DNA of 43,012 nucleotides from Bacteroidales bacterium (GTDB lineage: Bacteria; Bacteroidota; Bacteroidia; Bacteroidales; UBA4181), in NCBI GenBank assembly GCA_031259205.1, contig JAIRLS010000319.1, positions 1 through 43,012 on the forward strand, read 5' to 3'. This document shows positions 17,587 through 26,223 of this stretch, piece by piece (position 1 is the first letter of the stretch; each line of letters opens with the position of its first letter). The notes beneath the pieces were generated by a model. That model ran no database searches. It worked only from the letters and a program-made list of their open reading frames with translations, and was not told the origin of the DNA. Made by a program: the position numbers and the translations under genes.

Positions 17587-19677
17587 TCAAAACTTAAATA
17601 TGACCTGCGCTTTTATTTCCGAAGCCTTATTGCCCTGTATCTCGTTCAATCCGCTGCCAATCGTGTTTCTGTCGGTGTAATGAGTGGAGGCATAGCGAAG
17701 GCGGACGTCAAGACGTTGGCCGATGCTGTATTTCGACATCAGGTAAAGGCGCATCCCTCTGTCGGAGAAGGCCGGGATGGATAAGGTGTACAGCATGTCG
17801 TTTTCGTAGGCATAGATGCGCGAATCGTAGTCATCTGTGTCGAACAGGGCAAAACGGAAAGTGAGTTGCAAAGCGTGTCCGGAAAGTTGTATTCCGGCGC
17901 GAATGTCCTGCGAGAGGAAATAGCCGGCGCTTGTAGCATTTGCTTTCCGGTAATTTTTTATTTCCAGATGGTTGCCGATGCCGACGGTTTCCGTGATTTG
18001 ATGGGAAAACACTAATTTTGCCGTTTGCGTTTTTACGGGAACTGTTGTATTGACTTGCGCCTGTGCTGCATTTTCTTCTTTTTCCCTGTAGCGAAGTCGC
18101 AGGTAGAATTTAGTGCTGTACGAAGGGGTATAGTCGGTTTGCCAAAAGATGTCCTGTCCGAATGAGGGGGCGTGGGTACGGTAGCGCATCCATGGAAAGC
18201 GGAAGATATCCCAATAGGACGCCAACATCCATTTCCCGCTTAAGTTGAGGTTCCAGCCGAGGAAAAATCCTTCTTCGTTGCTGTTGCGGGCGTTTTCGCC
18301 GAAAGCGTTGCCATAGCGGGAATGGAAGTTTTTCGCATAATGGCGATAGAACAGGTTGGCTGTCAGATGTTCGCCGATGAGCATTTGCGACCCGTAAACG
18401 CCACCCGCAGCGCCATTCCCGTTCCATGCCTGTTCGCCGTAAAAGACGGCGTTTCCCAGCCGAACACGGAAATCAAAACTGTAGTTGCCGCCCGATTTTC
18501 CGGAAAAGTCGAAACGGTTGTAGGCGTTGGGAGGCGGCACAAGTGCAAGGCTGTAGGCGTAACAGTCCGCCGTTGCCCCGATATGCCAGTCGGTGCGTGT
18601 GAAAGACAGGTTTATTCCTGCGATTTGCTCTTTTGCCGCATCTTTTTGAGCTATTTCGGTGGGAGTGCGGTGATAGCCGGTGTAAGGGAATGTGCTTGCG
18701 GAGAGGGCTTTTCCGTTTTCGTCCTTTTCGGAAATGGAAGCGTCAATGTCTTTGCAGGAATAGAAAAGGGTTGCCTCAAGGAATTTCAGGTCGAAAGTAG
18801 CGCCGGCTCCGCGGAAGAAACGGTTTTCATCGACGGAACAGTGATACCTCAACGATTGGTTATAGCGGACAGCATTCATCAACATGGATATTTTTCCCAG
18901 CTTCATTCCCGACCAAAGTGTCAGGCCTTGCCCGAAATCGGCGCGATAGTCGCCCAATATCAGCATTTTCAGAAGATTTTGGGTCTTGATTTGGAGATGA
19001 GCCGAATAAAAATCATATCCGTATGGATTATTACCTCGAAAAAAACTTTCTCCGGCGTCTTTCTCGGCCGTGACGCCGAAATGTACCCGGTCGGAATAGT
19101 AGAACGAATATCTCAGGCTGGTTTTCACCGGACTGCCCGCGTAGTGGCTCATGCTGTCGGGACGGGCGTAGCCTTCCTGCTGCTGAAGCCCGCTTTGTCC
19201 CCCGACGACCAGCCTGTGTGCTCCTTTCCGCAGTATCTCGGAGGGTTTCGGTTTTTCCCTTTCGGGTTTTATTTCCAGCGAAACGAAAGGAGCCATATTT
19301 TGTGCCGTTTCGGGCGTAAAACCGTATAGATATGCCATTTCATAAAGCGACAGGATGGGGCCTTTGGTTTTCACGTGATCCAGTAAACTCATGATTTGAA
19401 ATTCCGTGAGCCAGAACAGCCGGGTCAGTTCGTTGCGGTCGGCGGAATTGATGCGGACAGGGTTTTCCGACAAGGTTTCCAGTATTTCAAAGAGCTGTTC
19501 GGCGTCTTGCTCTTCGTCGTTTTGCGCGGCATACTCCGTGAGGATGGATTGCATCCATTCATTGTCGGCCTGCGCCGCGGCTTCCAACGAAACAAACGAC
19601 AGGACAGCCGCAAAGCCGTTCCGCAGGAGAGGATGAAAAGTCCTCCGGTGATATAGTTTCCGACCAAAGTTTTTCAC
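17587..19677 (-). CDS. helix-hairpin-helix (ComEA-like) domain protein fused to a predicted outer-membrane beta-barrel
   Basis: 696 aa. Signal peptide (…SFVSLEAAAQ), then an acidic linker. HhH-like region INSADRNELTRLFWLTEFQIMSLLDHVKTKGPILSLYEMAYLYGFTPETAQNM. About 550 aa with alternating amphipathic beta-strand pattern, ending in the OMP-type C-terminus AQVIFKF. Starts 34 nt after the thrS stop. Confidence 0.7.
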   Translation of the reverse strand: MKNFGRKLYHRRTFHPLLRNGFAAVLSFVSLEAAAQADNEWMQSILTEYAAQNDEEQDAEQLFEILETLSENPVRINSADRNELTRLFWLTEFQIMSLLDHVKTKGPILSLYEMAYLYGFTPETAQNMAPFVSLEIKPEREKPKPSEILRKGAHRLVVGGQSGLQQQEGYARPDSMSHYAGSPVKTSLRYSFYYSDRVHFGVTAEKDAGESFFRGNNPYGYDFYSAHLQIKTQNLLKMLILGDYRADFGQGLTLWSGMKLGKISMLMNAVRYNQSLRYHCSVDENRFFRGAGATFDLKFLEATLFYSCKDIDASISEKDENGKALSASTFPYTGYHRTPTEIAQKDAAKEQIAGINLSFTRTDWHIGATADCYAYSLALVPPPNAYNRFDFSGKSGGNYSFDFRVRLGNAVFYGEQAWNGNGAAGGVYGSQMLIGEHLTANLFYRHYAKNFHSRYGNAFGENARNSNEEGFFLGWNLNLSGKWMLASYWDIFRFPWMRYRTHAPSFGQDIFWQTDYTPSYSTKFYLRLRYREKEENAAQAQVNTTVPVKTQTAKLVFSHQITETVGIGNHLEIKNYRKANATSAGYFLSQDIRAGIQLSGHALQLTFRFALFDTDDYDSRIYAYENDMLYTLSIPAFSDRGMRLYLMSKYSIGQRLDVRLRYASTHYTDRNTIGSGLNEIQGNKASEIKAQVIFKF

Positions 19678-19711
19678 ATCTATCGGTTGTAAATGGGATG
19701 AAAACCGTTTT

Positions 19712-21652
19712 TCAGAGCGCTTCCATCTGTCGTTTTACTTCTTTACCGATGAGTATGGCGAAATACGGCAGCGGTATTGCGCCTATGTCGCCTTTGCCCT
19801 GTTTCCTGACGGATACGCTTTGGCTCTGTTCTTCTTTTTCGCCGACAATCAGCAGGAAGGGGATCCGTTTCAGTTCGTTGTCGCGGATTTTTTTGCCTAT
19901 TTTTTCGTTGCGGTCGTCTACGAAGGTGCGGATGTCGGACAGGTTCAGCGTTTGCGTTACTTTTTGGGCGTAGTCGTTGTACTTTTCGCTGACGGGCAGT
20001 ACGACGGCCTGTTCCGGGCTGAGCCACAGCGGGAATTTTCCGGCGGTGTGTTCCAGCAGTACCGCCACGAAGCGTTCCATAGAGCCGAAGGGTGCTCGAT
20101 GGATCATCACCGGCCGGTGTTTGTGGTTGTCGGCGCCGGTATAGTCCAGATCGAAGCGTTCCGGGAGGTTGTAGTCCACTTGAATGGTGCCCAGTTGCCA
20201 TTTGCGTCCGATGGCGTCGCGCACCATGAAGTCGAGTTTGGGGCCGTAGAATGCGGCTTCACCGGTTACAACCGTTGTTTGCAGGCCTTTTTCGGCAGCC
20301 GCTTCGATGATGGCGCGTTCGGCTTTTTCCCAGTTTTCATCGCTGCCGATGTATTTTTCCTTGTCGTTCGGGTCGCGGAGGGATACCTGCGCGATGAAGT
20401 CCTTGAAGTCCAGTGCGCGGAAAATTCTGAAAATGATTTCGATGACTTTGATAAATTCGTTTTTCAGTTGGTCGGGCCGGCAGAAGATGTGTGCGTCGTC
20501 TTGCGTAAATCCGCGTACGCGCGTCAGTCCGTGCAGTTCTCCGCTTTGTTCGTAGCGGTACACGGTTCCAAATTCGGCGTAGCGTACCGGCAAATCTTTG
20601 TAGGAGCGCGGTTTGAATCGGTACATTTCGCAGTGGTGCGGGCAGTTCATCGGTTTCAGCAGAAATTCTTCGCCTTCCTGCGGGGTAGAGATGGGTTGGA
20701 AACTGTCTTTGCCGTATTTGGCGTAGTGTCCCGAGGCGATGTAGAGTTCCTTTTGTCCGATATGCGGGGTGATGACCTGTTCGTATCCGTAATCTTTCTG
20801 TACTTTTTTGAGGAAGTTTTCGAGTTGTTCCCGCAGTTTGGCGCCTTTGGGCAACCACATGGGCAGGCCTTGCCCTACTTTCGGCGAGAACATGAACAGT
20901 TCCAAGTCTTTGCCTAATTTTCGGTGGTCGCGTAATTTGGCTTCTTCCAGCAATTGCAGGTATTCGTCCAGCATTTTTTGTTTCGGGAAGGAGATGCCGT
21001 ACACGCGGGTGAGCTGTTTGCGCGTTTCGTCGCCGCGCCAGTATGCTCCTGCGACGCTTGTCAGTTTGACGGCTTTGACGGGCGAGGTGTCGGTCAGGTG
21101 CGGGCCGCGGCACAGGTCGGTGAAATGTCCCTGCGTGTAGAACGAAATGGTTCCGTCGGCGAGGTCGGCGATCAGTTCGGTCTTGTATTCGTCGCCTTTT
21201 TTCGAGAAATAGTCGATGGCTTCGGCTTTCGATACTTCTCGGCGGTGGAAGGGTTCCTTGTTGCGGGCGAGTTCGAGCATTTTCCGTTCGATTTTCGGGA
21301 GGTCGGCGTCGGTAAGGCGTTGGTCGCCGAGGTCGATGTCGTAGTAGAAACCGTTTTCAATGGCGGGGCCGATGCCGAATTTTGTGCCCGGATAGAGCGT
21401 TTCGATCGCTTCTGCCATCAGGTGCGACGACGAATGCCAGAAAGCGTGTTTGCCTTCCGCATCGTCCCATTTGTACAGCACCAGCGTTGCGTCTTCCGTA
21501 ATGGGACGGTTCAATTCGCAGGTCGTTCCGTTCACGCTTGCCGCCAATACTTCTTCGGCCAACCTCCGGCTGATTTGCTGCGCAACAGCCAGCGGAGTGA
21601 TTCCTTTCTCGTATTCCTTTACGCTTCCGTCGGGAAAAGTAATTTTTATCAT
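19712..21652 (-). CDS. thrS: threonine--tRNA ligase
   Basis: 646 aa. TGS N-terminus [28 protein letters not shown], editing domain, class II core ([22 protein letters not shown]), and the anticodon-binding C-terminus. Confidence 0.97.
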   Translation of the reverse strand: MIKITFPDGSVKEYEKGITPLAVAQQISRRLAEEVLAASVNGTTCELNRPITEDATLVLYKWDDAEGKHAFWHSSSHLMAEAIETLYPGTKFGIGPAIENGFYYDIDLGDQRLTDADLPKIERKMLELARNKEPFHRREVSKAEAIDYFSKKGDEYKTELIADLADGTISFYTQGHFTDLCRGPHLTDTSPVKAVKLTSVAGAYWRGDETRKQLTRVYGISFPKQKMLDEYLQLLEEAKLRDHRKLGKDLELFMFSPKVGQGLPMWLPKGAKLREQLENFLKKVQKDYGYEQVITPHIGQKELYIASGHYAKYGKDSFQPISTPQEGEEFLLKPMNCPHHCEMYRFKPRSYKDLPVRYAEFGTVYRYEQSGELHGLTRVRGFTQDDAHIFCRPDQLKNEFIKVIEIIFRIFRALDFKDFIAQVSLRDPNDKEKYIGSDENWEKAERAIIEAAAEKGLQTTVVTGEAAFYGPKLDFMVRDAIGRKWQLGTIQVDYNLPERFDLDYTGADNHKHRPVMIHRAPFGSMERFVAVLLEHTAGKFPLWLSPEQAVVLPVSEKYNDYAQKVTQTLNLSDIRTFVDDRNEKIGKKIRDNELKRIPFLLIVGEKEEQSQSVSVRKQGKGDIGAIPLPYFAILIGKEVKRQMEAL

Positions 21653-21723
21653 ATCACAAACTTTTATTTAAGATGCGGCAAAGTTAAATAAAAAGAGTGA
21701 AACATGATAACATGTTCAATAAT

Positions 21724-22500
21724 TCAATTAAATTGTATGCCGAGCGAATAGGGAGGCAGGTCTTTGTTGTTGAACACCTTTTTGTTGAACGCATCCGTAA
21801 AGCGGTAGCGTCCGAAAATCGCTATTCCGTTCCAGCCGATTCTTGCTATTGCCGAAAGATAAAAGGGGTTGAAAGCATAGCTGTTGTAGAATTTGTCCTT
21901 TCCTCCGTCTTTGTCCTTTACTTTATAGTGCTTTGCAAAAGCCCAATCGCCCTGTATTCCTGCGTCTATGTACAGTTTGCGGTGGTTGTTTTGCGGCGGG
22001 TAGAAGTAGAATCGGGTATAGAAGCTCGTCGTTAAGTTATTGCTGTGAAAGGCCTCTTTTTTGACTTCTTCGGGTAGCAGGTCGCCTGTGATTTCTTCAA
22101 ATCCGGGGCTGCCGACGGCGTCTTTCAAATGGTAATTGTAGAATGAATATCCGAGCGAGGTGCCTATCGAAAGCAGGCGGGCAATCCGGAAAGTGTTGCG
22201 CCCGCCGATGTCGAAAGTAAACGAACGGCGCATGTCGTAAATATCGTTGCCGCGAGCAGGATAGACAAAGCCGAAGCCAAGGTATCCCCCGTGCGAATAA
22301 TTGGGGTTGCAGTCTTTGACGTATTTTGTTTTCTTTCGTGAAGAAGATGAAGCCTGTGGTTCGTCGACGATAATCTGCGTTATGGTGTCGTTTCCTGCTT
22401 TTCGGAGAACGATTTCCATATTACCGATTCTTACTGTCTTTTGGGCGATCGTGTTTGCCGACAGGCAGGCGAAACAACAAAAAATGGCGATTTTTTTCAT
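21724..22500 (-). CDS. small outer-membrane beta-barrel protein (porin-like), last gene of the ECF module
   Basis: Signal peptide MKKIAIFCCFACLSANTIAQ. Alternating beta-strand pattern. C-terminal YSLGIQFN. Confidence 0.6.
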   Translation of the reverse strand: MKKIAIFCCFACLSANTIAQKTVRIGNMEIVLRKAGNDTITQIIVDEPQASSSSRKKTKYVKDCNPNYSHGGYLGFGFVYPARGNDIYDMRRSFTFDIGGRNTFRIARLLSIGTSLGYSFYNYHLKDAVGSPGFEEITGDLLPEEVKKEAFHSNNLTTSFYTRFYFYPPQNNHRKLYIDAGIQGDWAFAKHYKVKDKDGGKDKFYNSYAFNPFYLSAIARIGWNGIAIFGRYRFTDAFNKKVFNNKDLPPYSLGIQFN

Positions 22501-22537
22501 GGCAGGTTTTGTTTTTTTATTTTTGTTTTTATCATGT

Positions 22538-23056
22538 TTAATTTCCCGTGACGCTGATTTTGCCTTTCATTACCGCATCAATAAGGCTTTCGTCGATGAT
22601 GCCCGACAGGTGCATCACCACAACGGAGCTGTCATTGGAACTGATGACCAGCAAAGCGTTTGTTTCCTGTTTTTCTTTGTTTTCGGAAACGGTTCCGATA
22701 TAGAGTTCCATGCGCTCCGTCGAAGATTTTACTTTCATGATCGGCTCATAACCTTTCTGCACTACTTGTCGCAGTTCGGACAGCAACGTTTCCCGAAACG
22801 CTTCGTTTTTGACGGTGTTGCTGTCGAATGTAAAAATACGCAGTCCGGAGATTTTGGAGATCAATTCCTGGGTTTTTTTGTCTTTTGTCTTGCCGTTTTT
22901 CATGATGCCCAGCAGGGCAGGAGTAATGGTAATGGATACTACGCCTTCTTTTTCGTCGTATTTGTCGAAAATCCTCAATATAGGATCGTCTTTTTGTCCG
23001 AAGACGTTTGTTGCGCTCAATAGCGCCGTAAAAATCAAAAGAATAACATTTTTCAT
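22538..23056 (-). CDS. DUF4252-family periplasmic protein
   Basis: 172 aa. Signal peptide. The N-terminal pattern ILRIFDKYDEKEGVVSITITPALLGIM is typical of DUF4252 proteins encoded beside ECF sigma factors in Bacteroidota. Confidence 0.65.
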   Translation of the reverse strand: MKNVILLIFTALLSATNVFGQKDDPILRIFDKYDEKEGVVSITITPALLGIMKNGKTKDKKTQELISKISGLRIFTFDSNTVKNEAFRETLLSELRQVVQKGYEPIMKVKSSTERMELYIGTVSENKEKQETNALLVISSNDSSVVVMHLSGIIDESLIDAVMKGKISVTGN

Positions 23057-23084
23057 GGTTTTAATATTATTTATGATGGTTGAT

Positions 23085-23606
23085 CTAATACAAATCTGTT
23101 TCCGGAGCGATTGAATTTTTCCGTTCTATTTGCCTGAATATGTCTTGGATTTTATTCCATTGTTCCAGACTTTGGCCGACCTCGTGCAGTTTGCCGAAAG
23201 AGGCTATGTTGGCGTTTACCCTCTGCATGGAGGCGGCCAGCGTTTGCAGTTTGCTTTCCGCCTCAGCTATGGCGGCTTCCTTGTCGTATATCCGGGTGCC
23301 GTTCACATAATACGTATAGGCGTCCTCCTTTGGCAAGGAGGGCCATCCGACCATCAGGAGGAGGGCGACCGATGCGGCCGCCGCAACGATCCATCCGATT
23401 CGGCGAATGTTTTTCCGCCTTGCGGGAGGCATGACGGCTCTCTCTTCCTCAAAGAAAGCAAACAGGGCTTTGCAGGCCTGTAATTCTTCCGGTATATCTT
23501 CCGAGGAAAACCGTTTCCGCAATTCTTGCTCTTCCGTCAGTGTGGCGGTTCCTTCAAAATATTTATCAAGCAACTCTTTCATTTTATTTATCATGTTACC
23601 ATTCAT
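23085..23606 (-). CDS. putative membrane-anchored anti-sigma factor
   Basis: 173 aa. N-terminal helical region (LLDKYFEGTATLTEEQELRKRF). Single transmembrane segment (IGWIVAAAASVALLLMVGW). Overlaps the sigma gene stop by 11 nt; ATG 23582 is an alternative start. Confidence 0.55.
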   Translation of the reverse strand: MNGNMINKMKELLDKYFEGTATLTEEQELRKRFSSEDIPEELQACKALFAFFEEERAVMPPARRKNIRRIGWIVAAAASVALLLMVGWPSLPKEDAYTYYVNGTRIYDKEAAIAEAESKLQTLAASMQRVNANIASFGKLHEVGQSLEQWNKIQDIFRQIERKNSIAPETDLY

Positions 23607-24093
23607 GATGAATGGTCAATTGTTCGCGTATTTTCCGGCGAGCGCGGGACAATCCCGTACGTACCGCTCCTTCGTTCATGTCCAGAATATCGGCTATTTC
23701 GTCCAGTTCATACTCTTCCACATCGCGTAGCCGGATGATCATCTGTTGCTGCAAGGGCAATTTTTCTATCAATTTCCTGACAAAAGCCGCCATATCTGCT
23801 TGTTCAAGCGATTGAAGCGGCGTTGGGTCTATCCGGACGGATTCGGTCAGTTCTTCCAATTTGCCCGGTTGCCGTCGAAGATAGTCCAGACACCTGTTTT
23901 TCACGGCTTTCATTGCATAAGCTTCCACGCTTCTGATGTTGTCCGTTATTCCCATGCTCCGTTCCCACAGTTTCAAACTTATATCCTGCACCACATCCTC
24001 CGCCTCGTCGCTTTGCCTGACCAACGACAAAGCAAAACGATACATTTTAGGCCGTAGATGTTTTATCAGTTGATTAAAACAGGTTGTGTCCAT
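23596..24093 (-). CDS. ECF-type RNA polymerase sigma-70 factor
   Basis: 165 aa. Region 2 (EDVVQDISLKLWE) and region 4 HTH (IIRLRDVEEYELDEIADILDMNEGAVRTGLSRARRKI). Confidence 0.9.
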   Translation of the reverse strand: MDTTCFNQLIKHLRPKMYRFALSLVRQSDEAEDVVQDISLKLWERSMGITDNIRSVEAYAMKAVKNRCLDYLRRQPGKLEELTESVRIDPTPLQSLEQADMAAFVRKLIEKLPLQQQMIIRLRDVEEYELDEIADILDMNEGAVRTGLSRARRKIREQLTIHHEW

Positions 24094-24120
24094 TCAGATA
24101 AATCTGTCCATTCAATTAGA

Positions 24121-24146
24121 AGACGAAATAGAAAGGTTTTTGTTAC
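24121..24146 (-). promoter_or_regulatory. ECF-type promoter (GTAAC-N16-CGTCT) upstream of the sigma gene, probably autoregulatory
   Basis: On the - strand: GTAAC (24146-24142), a 16-nt spacer, then CGTCT (24125-24121). The -10 element ends 27 nt before ATG 24093. Confidence 0.5.
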
Positions 24147-24218
24147 ACGTGAAAACATAAAAAAATACATCTGCGAGTAAATATCTTATTTGTGTGCGAA
24201 TTACGTGAAGGATGAAAA

Positions 24219-25214
24219 TCAAAACGAGTAGAAAAAACCTATCTGGAAAAACTGTTTGACTTGCAGTTTGGCGCCGTGTTGCACATCTACCAGTTTTCCT
24301 TCGTTGTTGAGTTCTTTTCTCACGGTTTTCTTGTTGTCGTCATAAGTCATGTCGATGCGGATGCTGGATGATACGTGTTTTGCCAGCGCGATGTTAAAGG
24401 TAAAGTTCCAGATAGCGTCGATGTTGGCCGGTTTTTCCAAGTAATTGGAGAACAGTTCGAGTTGGGTGTTGTAGGATATTTTTTTGGACATGAAAGAACC
24501 GTTCAGGTTGAAGATGAGGCCTCCGCCAAATTCATTTCTCACATGTTTTCCTTTGTCGATCAGTTCCTGATTCAGGCCTGCGCTTTTCAGCACTGTTACA
24601 TCATCGGAACGCACCAGCGTGGATTTGCCCATCAGCGGGGAAAGGTGCAGCGAGAACCGCGACGATGGCTTAAAGTCCAAACCCAGCGAAAGATAGAAGT
24701 GGGCGGGAGCGAAGAAATCGGAAATTCGGATGGTATCTGTGGCGGAATATTTATATCCGGGGGAGAATTGGGTTTTACCGAGAAAATTGGCGGAATAGTA
24801 CCAGTTTTTAGCCAGTTCGTAACCTATTCGTGATCCGAGATTGATTTGGTCGTCGTTTTTGATGGCTTTGTTGTGGCTTTTTTTAACGATTCCGTATGCG
24901 AGGTAGGCGTTGTTTTCCCAAAAGAGCTTGTTTTTCTTGTAGTTGGCGAACAGGCTCAAGTTCCCGTTGAAAGTGATGCTGGGTTCGCCTCCTGCCAGCC
25001 AGTTTTCAAACCATGTTTGGGTAGCGCCGATATTCGTATTGCCCCAGATTTTCCAACGGACTGAGTCGGGTTGGGCGTTGGGATTACTTTTGGCGGCAGT
25101 GGCGGCTGTTCCTTTGGCAGCCTTGATATTACTGTCAATGGACTGGGCGGCAGTATCTATTGTACATGCGGCGAAAATCGCGATCGAAAACCAGCGGATA
25201 AAATGTATCATCAT
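24219..25214 (-). CDS. DUF3078-family outer-membrane beta-barrel protein
   Basis: ORF 24219..25271. I moved the start to ATG 25214, giving the signal peptide MMIHFIRWFSIAIFAACTIDTAAQ. Motif WKIWGNTNIGATQTWFENWLAGGE. Ends GFFYSF. Confidence 0.65.
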   Translation of the reverse strand: MMIHFIRWFSIAIFAACTIDTAAQSIDSNIKAAKGTAATAAKSNPNAQPDSVRWKIWGNTNIGATQTWFENWLAGGEPSITFNGNLSLFANYKKNKLFWENNAYLAYGIVKKSHNKAIKNDDQINLGSRIGYELAKNWYYSANFLGKTQFSPGYKYSATDTIRISDFFAPAHFYLSLGLDFKPSSRFSLHLSPLMGKSTLVRSDDVTVLKSAGLNQELIDKGKHVRNEFGGGLIFNLNGSFMSKKISYNTQLELFSNYLEKPANIDAIWNFTFNIALAKHVSSSIRIDMTYDDNKKTVRKELNNEGKLVDVQHGAKLQVKQFFQIGFFYSF

Positions 25215-25274
25215 CGAACACTCACGCAAAAATCGTGCAAAAAAATGCAAAATCTTGTATTGAGGCGTCATTTT

Positions 25275-26204
25275 TTAATTTCTGTTTTTGATGTTATCGA
25301 AATTATAACCGATCAACAGTTCGATGGTACCGTTGGTATACTGTCTGACGGGGGAGGATGAATAATCGTATGCGATACCGATATTCAGCCGTTTTCCGTG
25401 GATGTATCCGAGCATGAAACAGAGATCGTTGAAGGATTGGAAGGTGTTGCGTGCATTTACGCCGCCCCAGAACTGTTCGCGGAACATCACCCGTGCGGTG
25501 ATGTCGAGTTGGAGAGGCGTGGCTTCTGTTTTTTTAAGCAAAAGCGCCGGTTCAAGCATCCATTCTCCGAAGTACAGTTTGTAGCCTGCCGTACCGTAGA
25601 AGTGTGTTTTCAGCCGGTTGAGCCGGCTGTCTTGGTCGTTGAAGCGGATATTATTGTTGAACAGTTGCATGGCCGAAAACCCAAGATACAGTTGGGGGGT
25701 GTAGAGCCATATTCCGGCGGAAGCGTCGGGCAGGAAAGCCGACATGAGCGTCGACGGCGCATAGGGATCTTCCTGTTTGAGCGGATCGTCGGGCGAGTCC
25801 AGTTCAAGTTGGCTACCGTCCACACGGTACTGGATAAATCCGAGATAAATACCTGCGGACAGCCGCATGTCGCCGCCCAGTGCAAAATTGCTGGCAAAGG
25901 ATCCGTTGAGCGTGAATCGTCCGGTAGGGCCGGCGGCGTCATAGCCTATCGTTCCTCCGTAGCCTATGTTTTTGTCCTTATGAGGGCCGTAAGCGCTCAA
26001 CTGGTTGGTGATGGGCGCATCGGCAAAGCCTGTCCACTGAAAACGGTTATCCATCCGGACTTTGAAGCCATTGTCCGTTCCCGCTACAGCCGGATTGTAC
26101 AAAAACGGATTCTCTACAAACAGCGACGTAACAGGAATCTGCTGGGCGGAAAGAAAGCCGCCGAACAGCCATCCGAACATCCATAAAAGAATATATTTCT
26201 TCAT
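25275..26204 (-). CDS. PorP/SprF-family type IX secretion system membrane protein
   Basis: 309 aa. The N-terminus ...SAQQIPVTSLFVENPFLYNPAVAGTDNGFKVRMDNRFQWTGF matches the PorP/SprF signature. Starts 19 nt after the type-B CTD adhesin gene. Confidence 0.85.
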   Translation of the reverse strand: MKKYILLWMFGWLFGGFLSAQQIPVTSLFVENPFLYNPAVAGTDNGFKVRMDNRFQWTGFADAPITNQLSAYGPHKDKNIGYGGTIGYDAAGPTGRFTLNGSFASNFALGGDMRLSAGIYLGFIQYRVDGSQLELDSPDDPLKQEDPYAPSTLMSAFLPDASAGIWLYTPQLYLGFSAMQLFNNNIRFNDQDSRLNRLKTHFYGTAGYKLYFGEWMLEPALLLKKTEATPLQLDITARVMFREQFWGGVNARNTFQSFNDLCFMLGYIHGKRLNIGIAYDYSSSPVRQYTNGTIELLIGYNFDNIKNRN

Positions 26205-26223
26205 GTTACTGTGTTTTAATCAA

